DNA from: Turneriella sp.
GTDB lineage: Bacteria; Spirochaetota; Leptospiria; Turneriellales; Turneriellaceae
Reading direction: 5' to 3'
Assembly (NCBI GenBank): GCA_965279515.1
Contig: CBDIID010000003.1
Location: 864,001 to 928,000 of the forward strand
DNA: 64,000 bases
Positions within the stretch are counted from its first letter, which is position 1. Every line of letters starts with the position of its first letter. The position numbers were made by a program, and so were the translations under genes. This document shows positions 1 through 8,325 of the stretch, one piece after another. Under the pieces are notes generated by a model, which saw only the letters and a program-made list of their open reading frames with translations, had not been told where the DNA came from and made no database searches.

Positions 1-338
1 ACGCGGTATGAGCGCAGGTTTGCTTCAAAAACCTCGCCGAGAACGAGCAATATAAAGCCCGTGGCCCCCGAAGCAACAATGAGGTATGAGCGGTGTGCCT
101 TCCACGAGTGGTAGAACGCCATACCGGCAGTGACGCCGATGAGAGGCAGCAATAGCCAGTGAATTTTCTCGGCCCAGGCAAAGCTGGATTGAGCGCTGAG
201 CAGGGCTGTCGATATGATTGGTAAAACAATGCAGTCGATGAGGCAGAGCGTGGACGCCGCGATGCCGAGCTTATCCCAAATGGCGGAAAAGACCGAGCCG
301 TTGTGTGAGTGATGTTGGTGGGCTTTGTGGCCTGCCAT
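1..338 (-). CDS. MerC-domain membrane protein with His-rich N-terminus (runs off window edge)
   Basis: Hand translation from ATG at 338: MAGHKAHQHHSHNGSVFSAIWDKLGIAASTLCLIDCIVLP..., matching the MerC-family DxxGxxxSxLCxxxC motif plus TM helices; not in ORF track. Confidence 0.75.
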   Translation of the reverse strand, partial: MAGHKAHQHHSHNGSVFSAIWDKLGIAASTLCLIDCIVLPIISTALLSAQSSFAWAEKIHWLLLPLIGVTAGMAFYHSWKAHRSYLIVASGATGFILLVLGEVFEANLRSYR

Positions 339-360
339 AATGATAAGGATATATCATTAT
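337..360. promoter_or_regulatory. Perfect inverted repeat ATAATGATA-N6-TATCATTAT overlapping the -10 (TATAAT, minus strand 361-356) and start codon of the merC-like gene
   Basis: Seen directly; half-sites resemble Fur-family box half-sites. Confidence 0.6.
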
Positions 361-442
361 ACAGGCCGTAAAGGAGATTTTACACGGTGGAAACCGTGCA
401 TGATATTAGGCGCTCAAAGAAAGCGACCAGCCCATTTGAAAT

Positions 443-730
443 CTATTTCAACCAGTATCCCGGCTCACGGCGCAAATCAATAATAGCTATGATGCGAATT
501 ATTTCCTGCATCTCCTGATATACCACAGCAAAAGGAAATGGATCTAAATTGATTTTGCGAAAATCTTCAAAATACGGAGCCCAGGCTTTCGGGTGCATAC
601 TAATATTGCTCAGCGATTTTTTTATCAACGCATGTAGTCGCTCCGCGAGTTTCACGGAAATACTATAATAACCCCGAAGGGCAGCGTCCTGATCCGACTC
701 CGCAGCAGTACTATAAATGATGGGTTTCAA
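443..730 (-). CDS. RelE/ParE family toxin
   Basis: 95 aa, AAESDQDAAL..YY, FPFAVVY..., IIAIIDLRREPGYW C-terminus typical of RelE/ParE; 4-bp overlap with upstream antitoxin. Confidence 0.8.
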   Translation of the reverse strand: MKPIIYSTAAESDQDAALRGYYSISVKLAERLHALIKKSLSNISMHPKAWAPYFEDFRKINLDPFPFAVVYQEMQEIIRIIAIIDLRREPGYWLK

Positions 731-966
731 GAAAATCCAAAATTCTTCTTAATATTGGCCTGAACAGTTTCCCAAGGCACCCCGGTATCTTTGCCCGAAT
801 CCATATCTAATGCACGGCGTTTGATCTCTTTGCGCCAAAGGGCATCGACCTCTGGTGCCGCCTCATTCTCCATTCTAACCAGCAAGAAATCCAAAAGAGC
901 AGCTTTGTCGGCCGCGCTCAGATTTGCGGCGTACTCTTGTGCTTTCGCCAATGTCACGGCACTCAC
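727..966 (-). CDS. Addiction module antitoxin (TIGR02574-like)
   Basis: LS..DKAALLDFLL...VDALWRKEIKRR..DMDSGK..GVPWETV motif; upstream of toxin. Confidence 0.8.
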   Translation of the reverse strand: MSAVTLAKAQEYAANLSAADKAALLDFLLVRMENEAAPEVDALWRKEIKRRALDMDSGKDTGVPWETVQANIKKNFGFS

Positions 967-1008
967 GGACTTAACTTATCTGCTGCCGCACATGAAGGCA
1001 AGTATTTT

Positions 1009-1989
1009 TCATTTCCCCCGGCTGGTTGTATCACGCCGCCGGCGCCTGCGGGCTTTCGTCCAGAAATCCCACATGGCGTCCGTTGCCGAAATCTCCTGGG
1101 TCGGCTTCTCTGTACCCAACATACCAGGTAACGACCCGGGCCAGCTGTGCGCCTCGTTATCCACGGCAATCAGGCGGAGTGCCCCCCGCGCGCAGTGAAA
1201 ATCCGTTCTTTCGACATTGCCCCGCACCACTGTCTTCCCCGAGCGGCAGTGGTTGTTTTTTTGCCAGGTTTTCACCGCAAACGCCACAGGATAATCCACG
1301 CCCGGCCCCACCGCTGGCAGGTTCTTCACCTCGTGCCCACCGAACTTGACGTTCCTGTCAGCGCGGCCGTGGATGATCAGCACATCGACCGGGTTCTTGG
1401 GTTTACAGTCGTCAAAATTGAGCGCGCCCGCCACGTCGGCGATGCCGGTAAAAAGATCCGATGCCTCGCAGGCCAGCAGCTGCGACATCATTCCGCCGCG
1501 CGAAAAACCGGTGGCATAAATTTTGCGGCGGTCGACATGGTACTCGCGCACCAGGGTTTCCACCAGCTGGCGGATGAACGCCACATCGTTCACCCCCTTG
1601 TCGGTACTCACGGTGCAGCAATTCCAGAAATTCCAGTCCTTAAACTGCGGATCGCCAATGCTCAGCCCATCGGGGTACACCGCAATAAAACCTGCCGAAT
1701 CGGCCTTCTGGCTTAACAGTGAATTCTCTTCGAGGTTTTTCGCGGTGCCTGGCGCGCCATGCAGCGCCACGACCAGCGCGAGGTTATCTTCATATTCCCT
1801 GCCCTTGGGCAAATGCAGGATATATTTCCGCGTCAGCTTATTGTGCACCATGGCATAAGTACCCGAAGGCATACGGGGAAGTCCCACCGGGGTTTCGCGC
1901 ACAGCAGCGCCGCGGCAGGCAGCGACGATGGGCAACACGCCGCAGAGAAAAACAGCACCGCGTCGCATGGATCGTATCGACTTTTTCAT
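1009..1989 (-). CDS. PHB depolymerase/LpqC-type alpha/beta hydrolase esterase, probable lipoprotein
   Basis: LVVALHG, YATGFSRGG (GxSxG), IIHGRAD, HSWPG; N-terminal IVAAC lipobox; start placed at ATG 1989. Confidence 0.8.
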   Translation of the reverse strand: MKKSIRSMRRGAVFLCGVLPIVAACRGAAVRETPVGLPRMPSGTYAMVHNKLTRKYILHLPKGREYEDNLALVVALHGAPGTAKNLEENSLLSQKADSAGFIAVYPDGLSIGDPQFKDWNFWNCCTVSTDKGVNDVAFIRQLVETLVREYHVDRRKIYATGFSRGGMMSQLLACEASDLFTGIADVAGALNFDDCKPKNPVDVLIIHGRADRNVKFGGHEVKNLPAVGPGVDYPVAFAVKTWQKNNHCRSGKTVVRGNVERTDFHCARGALRLIAVDNEAHSWPGSLPGMLGTEKPTQEISATDAMWDFWTKARRRRRRDTTSRGK

Positions 1990-2049
1990 CCCGGGTAGAC
2001 GGCAAGCAAAAAGCGATTGTAGGGCGCCGCGGCCGCTGGAATTTGTTTT

Positions 2050-3396
2050 ATGCAGCCTAAAATCCACAAAGGCATGGGCTTTTTGCGTTCGATGCGCACC
2101 GGCCAGCTCGACCCGGCGATACAGGAAGTCCTGGTGCGCGAAGAGGAAAACGGCGCAAGGGCGTTGCTGATCTTTCGCTTTGTAGTCTTTCTCGCATTCA
2201 TTATCGGCGGTGCGACAGCGACCTCCGACTTCAAGGATATCATCTTTAATATGCTTTTTGCCACCGCATACGGCGCCGTCGTCGTACTGCAGTGGTTGTT
2301 GTTACGCAAAAAAATGCACCGCGCCCTGCACCGCTTCAACTATTTTCTGATTCTTGCCGACCATGCGTTATTTGCCACTCTTTTGTTGTTCTATTACACC
2401 GTGTATAGTCCGGGAAACTTCAACCATGCGATGAAGTCCCCGTACATGATATTACTGCTGCTGCCGACCCTGACCACGCTCATCCAGTTCCGGCATACCC
2501 TGTTATTTTTCTCTCTGGGTGTTCAGCTCGCGACGATTCTGGCCTTCCTGGGTTATGCGCGGCTTTCGGGCGTACCACAGACAACAAACTGGCAACAATA
2601 CCTGCTGGGCGACGCGATCATTCTGCCGGCGTGGACCGGAGTCTGGGTGCTTTTGCCGCTTATGATCGCAACCCTCGTCGGTTATGCCATTTTCCGCTCG
2701 ATCCGGATGGCAGCCGAAATCGGCCGCAGCGAGGGGCAGAAGAAGCAGCTCGCGCGCTACTTTTCACCCGCAGTGGTCGAAGAGATTTCGGCGGGCGACG
2801 GCTCGCTCGACAATTTTGAAAAGGGGGAGCGCCGGCGCGTGGCTGTGCTATTCGCCGATATCCGCTCCTTTACGACGCTGTCGGAAAATATGGCGCCCGA
2901 TAAAGTCGCGGCGATGCTCTCAGAGCTCAGGCAACTCCAGATGAAAGCTGTCTTCAACAACAACGGCATGGTCGATAAATTCATCGGCGATGCGATCATG
3001 GCGGTCTTCGGTGCGCCGCGCTCTTCAGGCAGCTTCGCCGGCGATGTCGCCAATGCGGTGCGCGCGGGGCTCGAAATGCACGCTTCACTCACGGTCTTTA
3101 ATCTCGCGCGCAAGGCGTCCGGTGAAGCGGAAATCCGCATCGGTATCGGCATTCACGCGGGTGAAGCCTTTGCCGGCAATTTGGGAGGCGAAGGCCAGCT
3201 CGAATACACAGTTATCGGCGACGTCGTCAATACTGCGTCGCGCATCGAACACCTCTGCAAAAAAGCGCAGGCAGATTTCCTGATTTCGGAAACCGTGGCG
3301 GGCGAGTTAAAAGAGGAATTTAATCACGAAAAGATTGGCCTCGTAAAAATACGCGGCCGTGAAAAACCGATGGGCATACACCGCGTGCGGCACTGA
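2050..3396 (+). CDS. Membrane-bound class III adenylate/guanylate cyclase
   Basis: Multiple TM helices then LFADIRSFT, VDKFIGDAIMAVFG, YTVIGDVVNTASRIE; true start may be slightly downstream. Confidence 0.9.
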   Translation: MQPKIHKGMGFLRSMRTGQLDPAIQEVLVREEENGARALLIFRFVVFLAFIIGGATATSDFKDIIFNMLFATAYGAVVVLQWLLLRKKMHRALHRFNYFLILADHALFATLLLFYYTVYSPGNFNHAMKSPYMILLLLPTLTTLIQFRHTLLFFSLGVQLATILAFLGYARLSGVPQTTNWQQYLLGDAIILPAWTGVWVLLPLMIATLVGYAIFRSIRMAAEIGRSEGQKKQLARYFSPAVVEEISAGDGSLDNFEKGERRRVAVLFADIRSFTTLSENMAPDKVAAMLSELRQLQMKAVFNNNGMVDKFIGDAIMAVFGAPRSSGSFAGDVANAVRAGLEMHASLTVFNLARKASGEAEIRIGIGIHAGEAFAGNLGGEGQLEYTVIGDVVNTASRIEHLCKKAQADFLISETVAGELKEEFNHEKIGLVKIRGREKPMGIHRVRH

Positions 3397-3894
3397 TTAC
3401 GGCACCTGCACGATTGCCGCGGCCGACCAGGGTTTTTCCGTGCGCTCGACACGGGCCCGAAGGCCCACGTAATTTCCGGACGCAAGCGTCTTGGTGGTAA
3501 AAGTGCAAAGCGTTACAGAATTATGATCAGGCGCTGTCGTCGAAGGCGGAGGCGACCAGATGCCTGTCGCGGCCGCACCCACTTGTATATTTACAGCATA
3601 CGCATAATAAGCCTGTGAAGACCAATTACAGAACATTTGCGCCAAGTTAATATCATTCGAGACAGGTGTCGTATTTACGACAGAATAGCTGGGATCGACA
3701 AAAATTCCATAGCCAGAAGCCCCCCCTTCACGGTTATCAGAATAGAAACTCAACTCGTATGTCTGGGTAGCTATGAGGCTAATTGTAAGATTTACCGGGG
3801 CATTGATATACTCTGAAGTGCTCTTAAACGTCTGCGCACAAGACAGCGCAGCAAAAGAAATAAGTATACCCAGGTTCCGGATGCACCGCGCCAT
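3397..3894 (-). CDS. Hypothetical lipoprotein
   Basis: Signal peptide with FAALSC lipobox; more AT-rich than neighbours. Confidence 0.6.
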   Translation of the reverse strand: MARCIRNLGILISFAALSCAQTFKSTSEYINAPVNLTISLIATQTYELSFYSDNREGGASGYGIFVDPSYSVVNTTPVSNDINLAQMFCNWSSQAYYAYAVNIQVGAAATGIWSPPPSTTAPDHNSVTLCTFTTKTLASGNYVGLRARVERTEKPWSAAAIVQVP

Positions 3895-4030
3895 CGCGCC
3901 TTTTCTCCGCCGCCAGCGCATGCGACGTCAATAGAAATACCGCACAGACGCCATCCTGGCGGCGGTAAAATATGCGACCTCGTGTCGCTTAAATCTATTT
4001 ACGCGCCCTCTGAGCGGCGAAGTTGAGCCG

Positions 4031-5332
4031 GTGCGGATTTTGATCTTGGGTTCAGGCGGACGCGAACATGCGCTCTATCGCAAAATAAAGGAATCGGCGC
4101 ATGCAGAAAAGGTTTTTGTCTGGCCGGGCAACGGTCTTGTTCCCGCCGAAGACCGCATCGGGCGCCTGGCGGTGAACGACCAGTTCAGCGAGCTGAAAGA
4201 GTTCATTCTCTCGGAAAAAATTGATTTTACCGTCGTCGGCAACGAGGCGCCGCTGGTCTACGGCGTCAGGGATTTTCTGAAGCGGGAAATCCCCGGCCAT
4301 TTTGTCTTTGGCCCCGATAAAACCGGTGCACAACTTGAAGGTTCAAAGGCATTTTCAGATGCCTTCATGGCCGAAGCGGGGATACCTCATGGCACCAGCG
4401 TCGTCGCCACCAGTCTCGCGGAAGCCAGGGCTGCCCTTGCTTCGCAGGCGCTGCCCATTGTACTCAAGGCTGACGGCCTCGCCGCCGGCAAGGGTGTCAG
4501 CATCCATAATGATTTTGCCTCGGCAGAAGCGAAACTTGCCGAAATTTTCGAGGATCGTATTTTTGGCGATTCGGGTAACCGCGTGCTGTTGCAGAAATTT
4601 CTGCGCGGTACGGAAGCCTCACTCTTTGCGCTCTGCAACGGCGAAGACGCCCTGCTCTTGCCTGCGGCGCGTGACTATAAGCGTGCGCTCACAGGCGACC
4701 TCGGTGAGAACACGGGTGGCATGGGCGCCTACACACCCGGCGATCATTTGAGCGAAGCGCAGAAGATTTATACGCGCGAAAAGATTATCGAGCCCGTACT
4801 CAAAAAATTTAAATACCGCGGCCTGCTCTATGTCGGCCTCATGATCGCTTCGGATAAGGCAGACGACCTTGCCGTCGTTGAATTTAATGTCCGGTTCGGC
4901 GATCCCGAGACACAATCGATTCTGCACCTGGTCGAGGGCGATCTCGTCGAATACCTGCTCTGGACCGACGGGGGTAAGGCGGATTTCCCCCTCATCAAAG
5001 CCGGCAGCGCGAAGCTGATACCCTACCGCCGCGGCGCCGTGGTCAATGTTGTCATTGCGGCGCACGGGTATCCCGGCGCATTTACAAAGGAAATCCCACT
5101 GGTTTTCCCGGAACATAAGGGCCGCGACCTGCACATCACAGGCGCAGGCCTGACAGAAAAAAACGGCAAACTGCTCTCCACCGGCGGGCGCATTGCCAAT
5201 GTCGTGGCCTATGGCAAAACGCGGGCAGACGCCCGCACCCTTGCCTATAGCTACCTGGAAACCTTTGCTGCTGCAAACCCCGAAAGCCGGGGAAAACTCT
5301 ACTGGCGTGAAGATATCGCCGCAGAGGTTTGA
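4031..5332 (+). CDS. purD: Phosphoribosylamine-glycine ligase
   Basis: LILGSGGREHAL, LEGSKAF, KADGLAAGKGV, NTGGMGAY, EFNVRFGDPETQ. Confidence 0.97.
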   Translation: MRILILGSGGREHALYRKIKESAHAEKVFVWPGNGLVPAEDRIGRLAVNDQFSELKEFILSEKIDFTVVGNEAPLVYGVRDFLKREIPGHFVFGPDKTGAQLEGSKAFSDAFMAEAGIPHGTSVVATSLAEARAALASQALPIVLKADGLAAGKGVSIHNDFASAEAKLAEIFEDRIFGDSGNRVLLQKFLRGTEASLFALCNGEDALLLPAARDYKRALTGDLGENTGGMGAYTPGDHLSEAQKIYTREKIIEPVLKKFKYRGLLYVGLMIASDKADDLAVVEFNVRFGDPETQSILHLVEGDLVEYLLWTDGGKADFPLIKAGSAKLIPYRRGAVVNVVIAAHGYPGAFTKEIPLVFPEHKGRDLHITGAGLTEKNGKLLSTGGRIANVVAYGKTRADARTLAYSYLETFAAANPESRGKLYWREDIAAEV

Positions 5333-6153
5333 TGCAGACCCTCGGGGAGATACTCCGGCACGACGATCCCGCCTACCTGCGCTATCTCTCGAGAAAAACA
5401 CAGTACCTCATCACTCGCGAAAAAACCGAATACGTCCACCGTTTCTGGCAGCATCTTATCATCGAGCACCATCCGCTGCATGTCTTGCCGTCGCTGTCGG
5501 CCACCGACAAAAAAACACTGCACATACTGCTGAAAAATTTCTCACACGATGGCCGGGCAGCGATGCGTGCCCGTTACCAAAAGCTCGAAAAAAAAGTGCC
5601 CTGGGTGCTGCAGCATCCCGATGGCGCCTATTTTATTCCCTATGAAATCATCAAAACCCTGATGCCGCAGCGAAAGCTCATCGGTGCGGGGTACCTCTTC
5701 CAACTGCTCTTTGCGATGCCCGAAGCGGAACAGCATTCGCTGCGCGCATTGCTCGCCCGCTCGCACCGCTCGCGCGAAGCCCTGGTGCATGAAAAACATC
5801 CCCTCGACCGCGCACTGGCGCTCTATATCTGGACGGCAGACCACCGCGCACCTGTGCGCCGCCGTAACCTGATTCAGGCAAAAAACATCTGGCATTATCT
5901 CACCGAAGAATTCCCCAAGCTGACGGACGAACTCGACGAATGGCAGCACCTGATGCAGACCGGGCGCAAGGGCTTTTATCGGTCGCTTTCACTGATTCGC
6001 GGGCGCGGTGCCGAGCTTTTGAAAAGTTTCGTCACGGGGCTCAGCGTCGTGCCCGTCGCACCGCGCAAGCACAAGGTCTTTCCGGCCCAGAACCTGAAAT
6101 TTATGATTCCGCTCGAATTTCAACCGGACAAAACCGGTGCAAAACCTCGATAA
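5329..6153 (+). CDS. Hypothetical protein, overlapping the purD stop
   Basis: 274-aa ORF overlapping purD end; no motif recognised. Confidence 0.6.
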   Translation: MMQTLGEILRHDDPAYLRYLSRKTQYLITREKTEYVHRFWQHLIIEHHPLHVLPSLSATDKKTLHILLKNFSHDGRAAMRARYQKLEKKVPWVLQHPDGAYFIPYEIIKTLMPQRKLIGAGYLFQLLFAMPEAEQHSLRALLARSHRSREALVHEKHPLDRALALYIWTADHRAPVRRRNLIQAKNIWHYLTEEFPKLTDELDEWQHLMQTGRKGFYRSLSLIRGRGAELLKSFVTGLSVVPVAPRKHKVFPAQNLKFMIPLEFQPDKTGAKPR

Positions 6154-8266
6154 GGTCTTCTTTACGTACCGGTTTTGCGAGGTGCGCGTCGCAGCCCGCC
6201 GCGCGCGAGGCTTCGATGTCCTCGACCATCGCATTGCCTGAAAGCGCGACGATCGGTGTACGCCGGCGGTTACCATGCGCCTCGGCCTGCCGGATAGCCC
6301 CCGTGGCATCAAGGCCATTCATCTCGGGCATGATGATATCCATGAAGATCAGATCGAATTTACCACCAGACGCCAGCTCAAAGGCCTCTTTGCCGTTTTC
6401 GGCGACCACGACTTCGGCGACGAGCGGCCGCAAATTTTCCACCATCAGCAGCTGATTGATTTCGTTATCCTCGGCGACCAGGACGCGCAGATTGCGCAGG
6501 TGTGCGACAGGCATTGAAACGCGGGTTTCCTGCTCAGGCTTTTTGACCTCTTCTTCAGCTGTCGGCAGATAAAGCCGGCAATAGAACGTGGTGCCGTGGC
6601 CGATGCGGCTGCGGCAGCGGATCGCCCCCTGCATGAGCCGCGCCAGCTTCAGCGCAATATTGAGCCCCAGCCCTGTGCCGCCATATTGCCGCGTCGTCGA
6701 AACATCCGCCTGCTCATACGCTGAAAAGATGCGCGAGATATTTTCTTTCGAAATACCGATGCCCGTGTCGTGTACGAAAAAATTGACGTAGTTTGAATCG
6801 AGCGCACGCGCTACATGGATATAGATCTTGCCGTTTTCTGTAAATTTCAGCGCATTCGAAACGAGGTTGATGATCACCTGCCGGATGCGCGTCGGGTCAC
6901 CTGAAACCAGATTGCTGGTATTTTGGTGCACGCGCACGATGATTGCATCTTTCTGGCTTTCGGCCTTCGCCGCGTAAAAGAACTGTAGATCGGAGATCAT
7001 CTTGCGGATGTCGAACACCGCTTTTTCGAGAGTGAGACGGTTATTTTCAATCTTCGAAATATCGAGTATGTCGTTGATGATCCTGAGCAGACTATCGCCC
7101 GAGTCGCGTATCAGCTGCAAGTAGTTACGCGCTTCGGTCTCCGTCGTTCTTTCGCGCAAAAGGTCTGCGATACCTAAAATGGCGTTCAGCGGGTTGCGGA
7201 TCTCATGGCTCATGCTGGCGAGAAAGTCGGCCTTGGCCTTGGTCCGCAGTTCTGCATCGTCGCGCTCGATGAGCGCGCGTTTTTCCTGCTCGCGGATGGT
7301 GATGATGTCGGCAAAGATGTCGGCGCGTTCGTCGCGCACCAGGAACATCTGGCGCGCGCGGCCGGCAGCGATCTTACTGTCGATAAAGGCCCGCAGGTTT
7401 CGCAGCGTGCGCAGCTGATCACGGAAAAAATACATGAGCAGAAAAAAGACAATGAGCCCGACAAAGATGTAGATCGTGATGAGGCGCGTCGCCATGGCTT
7501 CCACCTGGCTCATGGCGATCGTATAAGGACGCGCGAGATAGATGACCAGCGGCAGATCGCGCAGCTGGTAGCGGGCGATGATGAATTTGCTGTCCTTAAG
7601 GGTCAGTTCCTGTATGCCATTCACGGTATGCTGCCAGAACAGCTTGTGGATACCCGCCTGCCAATCGGCAGGGACCTGGTATTCTGCCTCGATCGTATTC
7701 GAGAGGAAGGGCTCTTCATGTACGTTGTAGATAAAGATGCGGTCGTCGGGGCTGATGTTCTGCGAGACATCGAGCAGCTGCGAGAGAAACGTCGCCTCAA
7801 AGATGAAATAACGGCGCGCAGCCTTTTTCTCCAGGTAGATAATCCGCGGCTTGCTCTTTTCGGCGTCGATATAGAATTCGATGAGCGCGCCGCTGCCTTC
7901 GCTGTTTCCCAGCCAGTTTAGTATATTCAGGCGCACCGATTCGGGCACCGGTAATTCATAGGCGGTCGCGAACGCACCGCGCGCCACGAGGTAGTTGTTG
8001 CCGACCTGGAGATCCACCTTGTCTTTGAGATAGGTGCGTACCTCAAGGGAAAAGGCATGCGCCCGCAGGTAAAAGTTCTGGTACAGCGATTCCTTTTCTG
8101 TCTGGATATTATCGTTGATGGAGAGGTAACCCAGGACAATAAATGGTACGATGAACAGAATGACCGTTGTCGCAGCACCCTTGAGCCACAAGGGCAGATA
8201 ACGGCGGCGCAAAAAACGCCGCACCTTCAGAGTAATTTGTTGTCTCAGCCGCAGCCGCGACCGCAT
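6101..8266 (-). CDS. Hybrid sensor histidine kinase/response regulator
   Basis: 2 TM, FLASMSHEIRNPL H-box, NLVSNALKFT, DTGIGI, GGTGLGL, receiver FMDIIMP...LAKP. Confidence 0.95.
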   Translation of the reverse strand: MRSRLRLRQQITLKVRRFLRRRYLPLWLKGAATTVILFIVPFIVLGYLSINDNIQTEKESLYQNFYLRAHAFSLEVRTYLKDKVDLQVGNNYLVARGAFATAYELPVPESVRLNILNWLGNSEGSGALIEFYIDAEKSKPRIIYLEKKAARRYFIFEATFLSQLLDVSQNISPDDRIFIYNVHEEPFLSNTIEAEYQVPADWQAGIHKLFWQHTVNGIQELTLKDSKFIIARYQLRDLPLVIYLARPYTIAMSQVEAMATRLITIYIFVGLIVFFLLMYFFRDQLRTLRNLRAFIDSKIAAGRARQMFLVRDERADIFADIITIREQEKRALIERDDAELRTKAKADFLASMSHEIRNPLNAILGIADLLRERTTETEARNYLQLIRDSGDSLLRIINDILDISKIENNRLTLEKAVFDIRKMISDLQFFYAAKAESQKDAIIVRVHQNTSNLVSGDPTRIRQVIINLVSNALKFTENGKIYIHVARALDSNYVNFFVHDTGIGISKENISRIFSAYEQADVSTTRQYGGTGLGLNIALKLARLMQGAIRCRSRIGHGTTFYCRLYLPTAEEEVKKPEQETRVSMPVAHLRNLRVLVAEDNEINQLLMVENLRPLVAEVVVAENGKEAFELASGGKFDLIFMDIIMPEMNGLDATGAIRQAEAHGNRRRTPIVALSGNAMVEDIEASRAAGCDAHLAKPVRKEDLIEVLHRFCPVEIRAES

Positions 8267-8325
8267 AGGGGGGAAATTTTCCTTCGTTTCGGAAGGTACA
8301 GCAGTTTACGGGTTTTTCAGCGCTT

